From: an uncultured Chloroflexia bacterium
GTDB taxonomy: Bacteria > Chloroflexota > Anaerolineae > Anaerolineales > UBA4823
Direction of reading: 5' to 3'
Length of the DNA: 64,000 nucleotides
Assembly (NCBI GenBank): GCA_963793095.1
Contig: CAWBYY010000004.1
Coordinates: 195,479 to 259,478, forward strand
Of this stretch, positions 29,637-39,561 are shown in pieces; position 1 is the first letter of the stretch; each line of letters begins with the position of its first letter. The notes under the pieces are model-generated. The model saw nothing but the letters and a program-made list of their open reading frames with translations. It had not been told where the DNA came from and did not search any database. The position numbers and the translations under genes are program-made.

Positions 29637-31001
29637 TTAATAATCTGTCTTTAACCTGATCGCCTCTTGCAGGCGGTTCCGCACTCCTTCGTAAGGAATA
29701 CGCTGCATGATTGGATCAAAGAAACCCTCGATAACCAGTTTCTCAGCATCTTTTTTCGGAATGCCTCTTGTCTCCAGATAAAAAACCTGCTCAGGATCAA
29801 TTTTTCCGACAGTCGCACCATGTGTACAGCGTACATCGTCTGCAAGAATTTCTAAGCCGGGAATTGAATCAGCCCGGGACGACGCATCCAAAATTAGATT
29901 CCGGTTTGCCTGGTAGCCATCTGATTTTTGAGCGCCGGGCGCAACATAAATCATGCCCTGCCACACCGACCTGCTTTTCTCTCGTAATGCTCCTTTAAAG
30001 AGTAAATCACTGGTTGTATCGGGTGCAAAGTGGTTCTGCTGGGTATCATGATCGAGGTGCTGCTCACCATCTGTAAAATAAAAACCTGACATTCTACCTG
30101 TCGAACCTCTGCCAATCAGATCGATATCGGAAAAATTTTTTGTGAGCCGGCTTCCAATTGCGCCAAATATCCAATCGATGCTGGCATCGCGCTCTACTTT
30201 GGCGCGCTCATGGCTGAAATTCCAAACATGTTCTCCCCATGATTGCAATTCCACAAACGCTTAAATTAGAACCGGAACCTACATAAATTTCAACCACACC
30301 TGCATGTAAAGTTGAATGGTCCGGTACGGTCGGGGAGGCAGCCTCGTGCACATAGGTGGCTGATGAACCCTCTTCCAGGTAAACCATCAGATGGGTGAAG
30401 AACGCCAGCTTATCACCCGGACCCCATAAAATACTGTGTAATGGCAACTCAAGATCTACACCTCTTGGAACATAAAGCAAAACACCATTTTGTGAAAGAG
30501 CAGAGGCCAGCGCAGCAAATTTTCCTTCGTCGGATTTGACAATTTCGCCCATAATATTCTTCAGTTTTTCGGGATGCCGTTTCCGGGCTGTATTCAAATC
30601 TGTAAAGATCACTCCTGTCTCTTCAAGTTGCAGGTTGCTGTCGATTTTCACGCCTGTGGGTGTAAATATAATTTGGCCACCGTGTGTGGTTCCCGCAAGA
30701 GGCCGAAGCAATTCTTCCGGTACTGCCGGCAATTCTGATTTCATCAATCTTCTGCAATTCTGGCAGAAGGAAATCCCCTGCAGGTAATGACCTCAAATCG
30801 GTTCTGCGCCATGCTTCTTCCTGGGTGGTAGGTATCGGAATATTGATAAAATCGTTCCAGGCTCTAGCGCGAATATTCTTTAAAAAATTCTGGGGTTTCG
30901 CCGTTCCCCGAGATTGTGGTGAACATTTCCCTGGTAAAGGGAAAATGTTTTTGTACTGATGTTGAACTTTTCTTTCTGGTAATTACTTTCTTATTCGCCA
31001 T
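29637..31001 (-). pseudogene. sufD: Fe-S cluster assembly protein SufD, split by 3 frameshifts as sequenced
   Basis: ATG at 31001 lies 2 nt after the sufB stop. Pieces read in four frames: MANKKV...PEFF / IRARAWNDFINIPIPTTQEEAWRRTDL / ORF 30208-30747 / ORF 29637-30254. Junctions include a T6 run (about 30875) and a TTT run (30255-30257). Confidence 0.8.
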
Positions 31002-31003
31002 TA

Positions 31004-32408
31004 TTAACCAATAGATCCTTCCATTTGCAGTTGTATCAAGCGGTTCATTTCGATTGCATATTCCATTGGTAATTCTTTAACCAGCGGTTCAATGAAACCA
31101 GAAACAACCATTGTCGTCGCTTCTTCCTCGCTCAATCCCCGACTCATCAGGTAAAATAGCTGTTCTTCACCGACTTTCGAAACAGATGCTTCATGCCCAA
31201 TTGTTACATCGTCCTCATCAATTTCGATATATGGATATGTATCTGATCGGGAATGTTCATCCAGCAATAATGCATCACACACTACATTTGAACGAACATT
31301 TTTAGCACCTTTATGTACTTTCAATAATCCCCTGATATGAGGCGCGTCCAGAGCCTTTGCTGATTGATTTTGAGGTGATTTTGCTGCTCGTGTTAGGAGC
31401 AAAATGAATCACTTTCCCACCAGCGTCCTGATGTTGTCCTTCCCCGGCAAATGCCATTGAAAGAATTTCACCATGCGCTCCCGGACCTAATAGATAACAA
31501 GATGGGTATTTCATCGTCATTTTTGAACCCAAATTTGCATCAACCCATTCCATTGTAGCGCCTTCATACACCAGTGCACGTTGGGTCACCAGGTTATATA
31601 CATTAGTAGACCAATTCTGGATGGTTGTGTATCGCACACGAGCATTCTTCTTCACAATGATCTCAATCACCCCGCTGTGGAATGAATCAGTCGTATAAAT
31701 TGGAGCAGTGCAGCCCTCAACATAGTGAACTTGTGCACCTTCATCAGCGATGATTAAAGTTCGTTCAAATTGTCCGATATTGGCGATATTCAACCGGAAA
31801 TATGCCTGCAAAGGCAAATCCACCTTTACACCTTTGGGAATATAAATAAATGAGCCACCAGACCAGACCGCACTATTTAAAGCTGCAAATTTATTATCTT
31901 CAATTGGAATTACCGTACCAAAGTATTCTCGAAAAAGTTCTGGATGTTCACGCAAACCATCTTCGATGCTCAGAAAAATTACTCCCTGTTCTTCCAGGTG
32001 CTCCTGTACCTGTGGTAAACCATTTCGGATTCATATTGCGCTCCAACACCAGCAAGAAATTTCTGTTCAGCTTCGGGGATTCCCAAGTTTGTCAAAAGTA
32101 TTCTTTATTGTTTCAGGAACATCATCCCAGCTATTACTTTCTGCTTCAGTGGGTTTGACATAGTAGTAAATATCATCCAGGTCCAGTGATGATAGATCAG
32201 CCCCCCAGCCTGGCATGGGTCGCACCATAAAATGTTCGAGAGCTTTCATGCGGAATTCCAGCATCCATTCTGGCTCTCCCTTCATGGCTGAAATTTGTGC
32301 GACAATTTCTTGATCCAGACCTTTCCGTGATTTAAAAACATAAGTTTCGGGATCTTTAAACCCGTATTGATATTCTCCTATACCTTCCAAAATTTGAGCA
32401 TCGCTCAT
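31004..32408 (-). pseudogene. sufB: Fe-S cluster assembly protein SufB, split by 3 frameshifts as sequenced
   Basis: GGAGG ribosome binding site before the ATG at 32408. The sequence is highly conserved ([48 protein letters not shown]). Breaks are at a GGG run (32082-32084), near 32008-32016, and at a GGGG run (31329-31332). Confidence 0.85.
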
Positions 32409-32459
32409 CAAGAAACCTCCGGGCAACAATAAAATTGGGAATATCGAAATTGTGTGGTG

Positions 32460-33233
32460 CTACTGTGGGAATCTTCCGCTTTTTTGTTTAATCCAGTCAT
32501 ATCCTTGTTCTTCAAGCTGCAGGGCGAGTTCAGGTCCCCCAGTTTCAACTACCTGCCCATCCAGCATGATATGGACAAAATCTGGTTTTATGTAATTTAA
32601 TATTCTCTGGTAATGTGTAATAACAAGCACTCCAAATTCAGGACGATCGAAGAGCATTAACACCTTCGGAGACAATTCTTAATGCATCGATATCCAAGCC
32701 AGAATCTGTTTCATCCATCAATGCAATTTCGGGCTGCAATGTTGCCATCTGTAGCACTTCAGCTCTTTTCTTCTCACCACCAGAAAACCCTTCATTCAGA
32801 TAGCGGCCGGCGAAAGAATGATCCATTTTTAACAAATCCATTTTCTGCTTTAATGTTTTCGAAATTCTGGGATCGGAATTCCTTTATCATCTGGATCATC
32901 AGCTTTCCGCTCCGCGTTAATAGCAGTTCTTAAAAAATTCGCAACTGAAACTCCCGGAATTGCAACAGGATATTGAAATGCAAGAAATAGTCCCAAGTGG
33001 GCACGTTCATTTGGTTCCAATTCAATAATATTTTGACCTTTGAACCATACTTCTCCAGTTGTTACTTCATAATTGGGATGTCCCATAAGCGAGTATGCCA
33101 GGGTGGACTTCCCGGTTCCGTTTGGTCCCATGAGCGCGTGGACTTCGCCTTGTCTTACTGTAAGATTTACACCTTTTAGAATCTCTTTATCTTCGACACT
33201 TACATGAAGATCATTAATTACTAATTCAGACAT
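32460..33233 (-). pseudogene. sufC: Fe-S cluster assembly ATPase SufC, split by 2 frameshifts as sequenced
   Basis: Walker [43 protein letters not shown]. Breaks are near 32849-32855 and 32640-32647. Confidence 0.85.
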
Positions 33234-33277
33234 ACATACTCCTGAACTTATACTTTTTTTAATTTTTTAACCAGCAG

Positions 33278-33306
33278 ATTATAGCAATTGTGCCATTTAC
33301 TGTCAA
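33278..33306 (-). promoter_or_regulatory. Consensus sigma-70 promoter for the suf operon (TTGACA-N17-TATAAT on the minus strand)
   Basis: tgtcaa at 33301-33306 and attata at 33278-33283 on the plus strand with a 17-nt spacer, about 45 nt upstream of the sufC ATG. Confidence 0.5.
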
Positions 33307-33367
33307 TATTTAGCATAAAAATCTAATTTATTTGCCCATTATATCAAAATCACAGCTGTAAGTCAAT

Positions 33368-33395
33368 AATATTTAGGATAATAATCTTAAATATT
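33368..33395. promoter_or_regulatory. Imperfect palindrome AATATTTAGGAT-AATA-ATCTTAAATATT, candidate SufR operator
   Basis: 12-4-12 inverted repeat with one mismatch. It overlaps the -35 of the plus-strand promoter. The TAAATATTGACA motif is also present at the minus-strand promoter. Confidence 0.4.
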
Positions 33396-33422
33396 GACAA
33401 AATTAATTCGCCATAGTATACT
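33394..33422 (+). promoter_or_regulatory. Sigma-70-like promoter for the SufR-like gene (TTGACA-N17-TATACT)
   Basis: TTGACA at 33394-33399 and TATACT at 33417-33422. Confidence 0.5.
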
Positions 33423-33482
33423 CTCAACCAGATAAAGGAATATATTCTAAGCACAACAAACAAATAAAAGAGTCAACATTCC

Positions 33483-34139
33483 ATGGACATATATGAGGAT
33501 TCAGCTAAATCCACCCGTGAACGAGTGTTACAGACACTCTTAATTCATAACAAATGTACAATCAATGAACTGGCTGATGAGGTTGAAATCAATCCTATTT
33601 CCGTTCGCCACCATATCACAAAATTAGAAGCTGAGGGTTTGGTAGTTTCTGTTGAGGAACGGCATGGGGTAGGAAGGCCACGCCGGCTATACTTTTTATC
33701 TGAAAAAGGTAGAGAACAATTTCCCAGACGCTATTTAAGACTGGTACTCAGACTGCTGGATCAATTGAAACATATATTACCCGACCACAAGGTTGATGAA
33801 TTGTTTTCTGAGATGGCAAGAGATTTGGCTGAAGAGCATAAGGGTGGTCTCAGGGGTATGAATATCGAACAAAAGCTCGATCTGATTACCTCCCTGCTTT
33901 CCGAGGAGGGTTTTACAGTAGATTGGGAATCCAAAGATGATGCATACTATATCAATGAATCGAATTGCCCGTATATTCATGTAGGTCATGACCACCCTGA
34001 AATCTGTTCAATTGACCGTACATTGATTGCAACGATACTTGATTTACCTACCAAGAAAATCAACTGTAAATTACATGGGGATTCACATTGCACTTATATT
34101 GTCCCTAAGCCCCAGATACTGGAGACTGCCCGGTTATGA
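33483..34139 (+). CDS. ArsR/DeoR-type winged-helix regulator with a C-terminal Cys cluster (SufR-like)
   Basis: wHTH (CTINELADEVEINPISVRHHITKLEAEGLV), C-terminal C-x12-C-x19-C-x7-C. Divergent from sufC. Confidence 0.65.
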   Translation: MDIYEDSAKSTRERVLQTLLIHNKCTINELADEVEINPISVRHHITKLEAEGLVVSVEERHGVGRPRRLYFLSEKGREQFPRRYLRLVLRLLDQLKHILPDHKVDELFSEMARDLAEEHKGGLRGMNIEQKLDLITSLLSEEGFTVDWESKDDAYYINESNCPYIHVGHDHPEICSIDRTLIATILDLPTKKINCKLHGDSHCTYIVPKPQILETARL

Positions 34140-34492
34140 CTTCCAATGACAAAAGCAGCAGTGAATCAAGATTATTCTGGCAGGCGGAACAAACGCATCC
34201 AGACCTGGTTGAACCAGTTAAAGAAAAACTCAGAGAAGTAATCGATCCAGAAATTGGTCTCAATGTAATTGAACTCGGTTTGATCAGGGATTTAAAGGTC
34301 AATGACCAAGACGCTGAAATCACAATGATCCTGACCACACCTTTCTGCCCATATGCCCCGGCGTTGATGGAAATGGTGCGTAAAAACAGCGAAGAGGTGC
34401 TGGAACGACCCGTGTCCGTAGAAATGGGCATGCAAATGTGGGATCTTTCGATGATGGAAGAAGGCGCTGGTGCGGATTGGGGAATCTTTTAG
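34136..34492 (+). CDS. DUF59/MIP18 family Fe-S assembly protein (SufT-like)
   Basis: VIDPEIGLNVIELGLI ... LTTPFCP motif. ATGA overlap with the upstream gene. Confidence 0.75.
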   Translation: MTSNDKSSSESRLFWQAEQTHPDLVEPVKEKLREVIDPEIGLNVIELGLIRDLKVNDQDAEITMILTTPFCPYAPALMEMVRKNSEEVLERPVSVEMGMQMWDLSMMEEGAGADWGIF

Positions 34493-34514
34493 TATAAAAT
34501 AACCACCTTTCCTG

Positions 34515-34546
34515 GCTGACCGGGACACACCTGGTCAGCTTTTTTA
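34515..34546 (+). terminator. Intrinsic terminator
   Basis: GCTGACC...GGTCAGC stem followed by TTTTTT. Confidence 0.6.
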
Positions 34547-34764
34547 ATTAATTGAGTCGTATCCACTGGCATACAATTTGCATTACAGTAAAATTGTCAA
34601 ATGTATTTTGAATTTATAAATATCCCTTTCATAACATTTTATCCGTTCTAACAAATTGGCGGAGATACTCTTTGTAAAAGTGACCCAGGAAAATAACCAG
34701 AAGGCGACCTCATCGAAAAATAATGGCTTCTTCTACCAGTTAAAAATTATTCTGGGAGTCGCTT

Positions 34765-35463
34765 TTGTATTGGCGAAGTCTATTCTCAATGTGGACTCCA
34801 GGTATAAAAACCCAGGTTAATTCGTGGGAAGGAGTAAATTTAGAACCTGTACCCACAAAACTGGAAATCAAAAATGAAAATGATTCTCCTGCTCTGACAC
34901 CCTCAGTTGGAATTGTGGCAGGTCACTGGGGAAACGACTCTGGTGCGGTTTGCAGTGATGGTTTAACTGAAGCCGAGGTCAATCTTAATATAGCCACGAT
35001 TGTCCAGAAATATCTGGTAGAAGAAGGGTTTGAAGTTGATCTGTTAAAGGAATTTGATGAAGATTTGGCTGGATATAACGCAACTGCGCTTATTTCAATT
35101 CATGCGGATTCCTGCGATTTTGTTAACAACCTTGCCACCGGATTCAAAGTCGCCCAGGCTATGGCGAATAAACGTCCAGAACGGACTACCAGGTTAACGG
35201 CTTGCTTGAGAAATCGATATACTGAGGCGACAGGATTACCGTTGCACAGCACCAGCGTGACTGAGGATATGACCAGTTACCACGCATTCAGTGAAATCGA
35301 CGAAGGTACACCGGCTGTCATTATTGAAACTGGATTCTTAAACCTCGACCGCCAATTGCTCACCCAGACCCCTGAAATTGTTGCACAAGGGATTGCATCT
35401 GGTATCATTTGTTTCATTAGAAACGAAAGCATAACCGCGACGCCAGAAGCATTTTCCCAATGA
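34765..35463 (+). CDS. N-acetylmuramoyl-L-alanine amidase (Amidase_3 family)
   Basis: VAGHWGNDSGA, EAEVNL and SIHADS motifs. A TM-like N-terminus (GFFYQLKIILGVAFVLA) is encoded from GTG 34680 in another frame, so the 5' end may be affected by an indel near 34770. Confidence 0.8.
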   Translation: MYWRSLFSMWTPGIKTQVNSWEGVNLEPVPTKLEIKNENDSPALTPSVGIVAGHWGNDSGAVCSDGLTEAEVNLNIATIVQKYLVEEGFEVDLLKEFDEDLAGYNATALISIHADSCDFVNNLATGFKVAQAMANKRPERTTRLTACLRNRYTEATGLPLHSTSVTEDMTSYHAFSEIDEGTPAVIIETGFLNLDRQLLTQTPEIVAQGIASGIICFIRNESITATPEAFSQ

Positions 35464-36536
35464 ACAATGAAAATTCCATCTACGATACGTACCTGCAGAG
35501 AGCTTTTCACTCCCTAAAACTTGGAGATAAATCAAGCGCAAGAATATGGGGGATGAAGGCTGCCCAAAATAATCCAGAACGGGAAGAAGCCTGGCTTGTT
35601 CTTGCGGGGCTTACGACACCGCGGGCTAGCATAAATTATCTGAAACATGCTCTCGAAATCAACCCTGACAGTGTCCAGGCCCGCAAAGGGATGCATTGGG
35701 CAATTCAGCAGTTGCGATCTGAAAATTCTTCGATAAATCAAATTCAGTCACCCGTCTCTACAACCGAATACAGTGTCAAACCTTTTGAGAAGAAATCAAA
35801 CATACCCTTTTTCGCATGGTTATTTGTCCTCCTGATTGTGCCCGGGTTTATCCTGTCATGGCTTCGGTTTCCAGGTTTCACCCAGGCTCTGAACAGCAGG
35901 AATATGAATATTCTTCAAGGCCAATCCATTCCAAAGGCTTCCAGAACAGCCACATCAACCCAAACTTTTACACCAACATTCACTCTTACTCTTACACCAA
36001 CCCATACTAATACACCAACTTCAACCCCGACTTTAACCCCGACCGATACACCTACTTTAACTCCTACTCAAACACCCACTTTCACACCAACTTTCACAAG
36101 CACACCTCCCCCACCCACCGAGGTCGAATCACAACCAACGGAAATTGAAGTAAAAGTTAATCGCCCGGAAGGCGTCAAGAAAAATGAACGCTGGATAGAT
36201 GTTGTTTTATCTCGACAGAGATTATTTGTTTACCAGGGAGATGAGTTGATTGAGAAATTTATTGTATCAACAGGAATAGCAAAATATCCCACAGTTAAAG
36301 GAATATTTAATATATATGTAAAATACAAATTCGCTGACATGCGGGGGGACGATTACTTCCTGGAGGATGTGCCTTTTGTCATGTATTTTTATGAGGATTA
36401 CGGCATTCATGGTACATACTGGCATAATAATTTTGGAACGCCGATGAGTCACGGTTGTGTAAATCTTCGAACCGAAGATGCAAAGTGGTTATTTGATTTT
36501 GTCAATGTGGGAACGAAAGTTAGAGTCCGACGCTAA
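35460..36536 (+). CDS. L,D-transpeptidase (YkuD domain) with an N-terminal TPR-like region, a TM segment and a Thr/Pro linker
   Basis: C-terminal HGTYWHNNFGTPMSHGCVNL catalytic motif; TM segment FFAWLFVLLIVPGFILSW. Confidence 0.8.
   Translation: MNNENSIYDTYLQRAFHSLKLGDKSSARIWGMKAAQNNPEREEAWLVLAGLTTPRASINYLKHALEINPDSVQARKGMHWAIQQLRSENSSINQIQSPVSTTEYSVKPFEKKSNIPFFAWLFVLLIVPGFILSWLRFPGFTQALNSRNMNILQGQSIPKASRTATSTQTFTPTFTLTLTPTHTNTPTSTPTLTPTDTPTLTPTQTPTFTPTFTSTPPPPTEVESQPTEIEVKVNRPEGVKKNERWIDVVLSRQRLFVYQGDELIEKFIVSTGIAKYPTVKGIFNIYVKYKFADMRGDDYFLEDVPFVMYFYEDYGIHGTYWHNNFGTPMSHGCVNLRTEDAKWLFDFVNVGTKVRVRR
35945..36118 (+). repeat. Coding Thr/Pro-rich repeat linker (TPTxTPTxT)n
   Basis: TFTPTFTLTLTPTHTNTPTSTPTLTPTDTPTLTPTQTPTFTPTFTSTPPPP. 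Confidence 0.85.
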
Positions 36537-36615
36537 AATGCGGGTAAATTTATACAATTTTTATATTGTTTACCTGAGTCTTGAATATAATAGTATCGGA
36601 AGCAGTCAAAATCTT

Positions 36616-37039
36616 ATGCCAAAAAAACCCCTTTTTGATGGATTAGTAATCGATGAGCAGGATAGAGTCGTTGAAGTCATTTACGTCGGCGACGAACCTT
36701 GCTATGTCGTCGATGATATTGGATTTCGCCGGCATATACCTGCAGAGCAGGTTGACCGGCAGGTTTTAAAGTCAATGAGTGAGATGATTGAAGGTCATGA
36801 AGAATTTCTAAGTGAACAAACCGCTAAAATGCTCGGCCAGGAGGATATTTTTTCTCAGGCGATGATTTCCTCCCAACTGAAAAATATCGATAAACAATTT
36901 GAAAACCTGATCCAGACTGGCATTCCAGAAGATACCAGGAGCATATATGGGGATGATGGGGTTTTATATCCGGATCAATGTTCACGGAGATGTTGTGGAA
37001 ATTGAACAACCTGGAGTAATTGATCCAGATGAAGAATAA
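36616..37039 (+). pseudogene. Hypothetical conserved-looking protein with a probable frameshift near 36945
   Basis: ATG at 36616 (MPKKPLFDG...). The as-sequenced frame ends in CSRRCCGN, but another frame reads MGMMGFYIRINVHGDVVEIEQPGVIDPDEE-stop. The first 46 aa of the ORF-track call overlap the previous gene and were rejected. Confidence 0.4.
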
Positions 37040-37115
37040 CGTTTGAGAGAATTTTTTAAAATAGTGTTAGATAATAAATCTTTTGAAGTTGTGAATTAAA
37101 CAATTTTTTTATTTT

Positions 37116-37622
37116 CTACCCTGAATAACTCCAGCCAATTTTTGGCAGTGAAAGCGTGTCCTCGGCTGAGCCTGGTTTCCTCACCCCTGCACCAACAATC
37201 TCTCCTACAACAATATTGTGATCTCCACCAACATCCTGAATACTTCTTACCCTGCATTCAAGGTAAGCAGCGGCGTCATCAAGAATTGGACAACCGGTTT
37301 CTGCCCCGGGTTTATAGTCCAGATTTTTCATCTTTTCTGGGTTTTTCTTCCGTCCCTTTGTAATTGGTATAACAGCATCTGCATCCTCAATATTAAAAAC
37401 GTTCAAAACAAAGACTTTCCCTTTTTCAATCAAATGGTAAGAGAAAGATGTTTTTTGGACGGCTATTGCAATTAACCTGGGTTCAAATGATACCTGGGTC
37501 ATCCAATTCAAAACCATTGCATTTTCTTCATCACCGAATTTGGAAGTGATGCTATAAAACCCGTAAGGCAATCTTCGCAGAACCTCTTTTATGTTGTCAT
37601 TAGACATTTTTACATCCTCCAA
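37116..37622 (-). CDS. Flavin reductase-like FMN-binding split-barrel protein
   Basis: LPYGFYSITSKFGDEENAMVLNWMTQVSFEPRLIAIAV pattern. The start may be the MSNDN Met at 37607. Confidence 0.7.
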   Translation of the reverse strand: MEDVKMSNDNIKEVLRRLPYGFYSITSKFGDEENAMVLNWMTQVSFEPRLIAIAVQKTSFSYHLIEKGKVFVLNVFNIEDADAVIPITKGRKKNPEKMKNLDYKPGAETGCPILDDAAAYLECRVRSIQDVGGDHNIVVGEIVGAGVRKPGSAEDTLSLPKIGWSYSG

Positions 37623-37867
37623 TCATTTTCCGAAATCTTATAAGTCAATTGTTAGGAAAAATAACTAGAGATCATTTTAATTAATAGCACTTACCATATC
37701 CATAAATTCTTTGTTAGAACTGGAAATTATCTTAAATCCAAATTCCTGATTGTATGCCAGCGTCTGATCCATAAAACCAAGGAAACCAGAATAGATTCAA
37801 AATGACGTTATAATCAAAATCCTGCATAAATATTACTTGAATCCTATTAAATGAGAACAAATATCCT

Positions 37868-39025
37868 ATGGTGATACAAGAACAATTTGATCCTGATTCT
37901 GCAGTAAAGTTAATTGAAAATTTTCTTTCACCCTGGGAAGCATCCCTGGAGAATCCTGAACAATCTCAATTTCAGGTACTTGAAAAATTGATACAAGATT
38001 ATTCCAAGACTGGATATGGAAAAATTCAAGGTGTCCAAAATGTTGACAATATTCAGGATTATAGACGAATATTCCCTGCTGCCACTTACGAGGATTTTAA
38101 GCCATATCTCGATTTAGTAATGGCAGGTGATTTTGAACAATTGCTGCCTGAAGAACCAGTCGGATGGGCTATCACCAGGGGAACAACTAAAGGTGAATCA
38201 AAATTTATTCCAATGACCCCAACCGATTTACATATGCGTGTCAGCGCTGGCAGGGCAATGCTGGTTTATGTATTGATGAATAAAAAATTCAACTTGTTTT
38301 CAGGAGTCAATTTAAATCTAAACTTCCCTTCGATCGTTGGAACAATTACAGTCGGTAACCAGGAAATTAATTACGGATATAGTTCTGGGATTTATGCAAA
38401 ATATGTCTCTGCTCAAACACCAATTCAATCTGTACCTTCTCAAGAAGAAATCGATGCATTGGGGGGCGGAAAATCGGTAACAGACTGGGAAAACAGATTT
38501 GAACTCGCCTATCAGTCATGCAAAGATAAAAATGTGACCTTGGTGGGCGGGGTATTTAACACTGCTTACCGGTTTGCCCGCTACTTAAAAAAGATTCATA
38601 ATTTATATCCAAAAGATATTTGGAAAACCCAGATAATGACATTGGGCAGTGTGCCGGGAATCAATACTAAGCATCAGCCCGTATTGCAATCGTTATATGG
38701 TGATGTCGTTATCCGGGAGATTTACGGCGCGACGGAAGGTATGTTCGGCCAGCAGCGGGACCAAAACAGGGCGTGGGTTCCAAATTACGATCAATTCTTT
38801 TTTGAGGTGGCTACCAGAACAGGTACAAAATTGTTACACGAGATGACCCCCGGAGAATCCGGTGGACTAATTGTTTCAACACCTGTATTTCCACGTTACA
38901 GGATCGGAGATATCATCCGTGCATACCAACCACCATATTTCCGCTGTTTAGGGCGCGAAAGCTGGTGGGTTCCGATTCAATACGCCTGGGATGAATTATT
39001 CTCTTTAAATTTTGGCCGACTTTAA
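37868..39025 (+). CDS. GH3-family adenylate-forming enzyme homolog
   Basis: ENPEQSQ..L.KLI...YGK, P..TYEDFKPY and TRGTTKGESKFIP resemble bacterial GH3 proteins (from memory). At 385 aa it is shorter than typical members. Confidence 0.5.
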   Translation: MVIQEQFDPDSAVKLIENFLSPWEASLENPEQSQFQVLEKLIQDYSKTGYGKIQGVQNVDNIQDYRRIFPAATYEDFKPYLDLVMAGDFEQLLPEEPVGWAITRGTTKGESKFIPMTPTDLHMRVSAGRAMLVYVLMNKKFNLFSGVNLNLNFPSIVGTITVGNQEINYGYSSGIYAKYVSAQTPIQSVPSQEEIDALGGGKSVTDWENRFELAYQSCKDKNVTLVGGVFNTAYRFARYLKKIHNLYPKDIWKTQIMTLGSVPGINTKHQPVLQSLYGDVVIREIYGATEGMFGQQRDQNRAWVPNYDQFFFEVATRTGTKLLHEMTPGESGGLIVSTPVFPRYRIGDIIRAYQPPYFRCLGRESWWVPIQYAWDELFSLNFGRL

Positions 39026-39035
39026 AAATTTAAAC

Positions 39036-39500
39036 TTATTCTCTTTTCCTCGTAATTCCACGAAGTAAGATCGATAATCCAACCGCAATCAAAATCAAAG
39101 GCCATATCAAAATCCAATTTAAACCAATAATTGAGTTTAAACCGATTGCGATGAGTATAAAAGCAAAAATCAACGTCCCACCTACAGGTCTTCGATATGC
39201 AGGTATGATTAATCTTAAAAACACTTCAAACAAAAATAAACAGCCTGCACCTATTAAAATAATCGGCCATGCGCTGATTGTTTTATCAATCGACTCTATA
39301 CCGGTACTGAATGTCAGTGTCTGTAGGAATTGATCTAGCAGACCCAGGTTGCTTAAAAGCAATACTATTCCCGCCCAGATAAAAATTAACGCCCATATTA
39401 TCGGAGTTAGTGGATCTCTGCTCCATTTTTCATCCCAGCTCTTTTCAGCGCTTTTTTCACTTTCCTTTTCATCAAATTTTTCATCTTTTTCACCCGGCAT
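39036..39500 (-). CDS. Membrane protein with an acidic Lys/Glu-rich N-terminus
   Basis: Four hydrophobic segments; no family recognised. Confidence 0.4.
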   Translation of the reverse strand: MPGEKDEKFDEKESEKSAEKSWDEKWSRDPLTPIIWALIFIWAGIVLLLSNLGLLDQFLQTLTFSTGIESIDKTISAWPIILIGAGCLFLFEVFLRLIIPAYRRPVGGTLIFAFILIAIGLNSIIGLNWILIWPLILIAVGLSILLRGITRKRE

Positions 39501-39561
39501 TTTTTCCTCCCGTTAGTTTGGTTTCTCAATAATTGAATAACATTTCTCAAATATTAATAAA

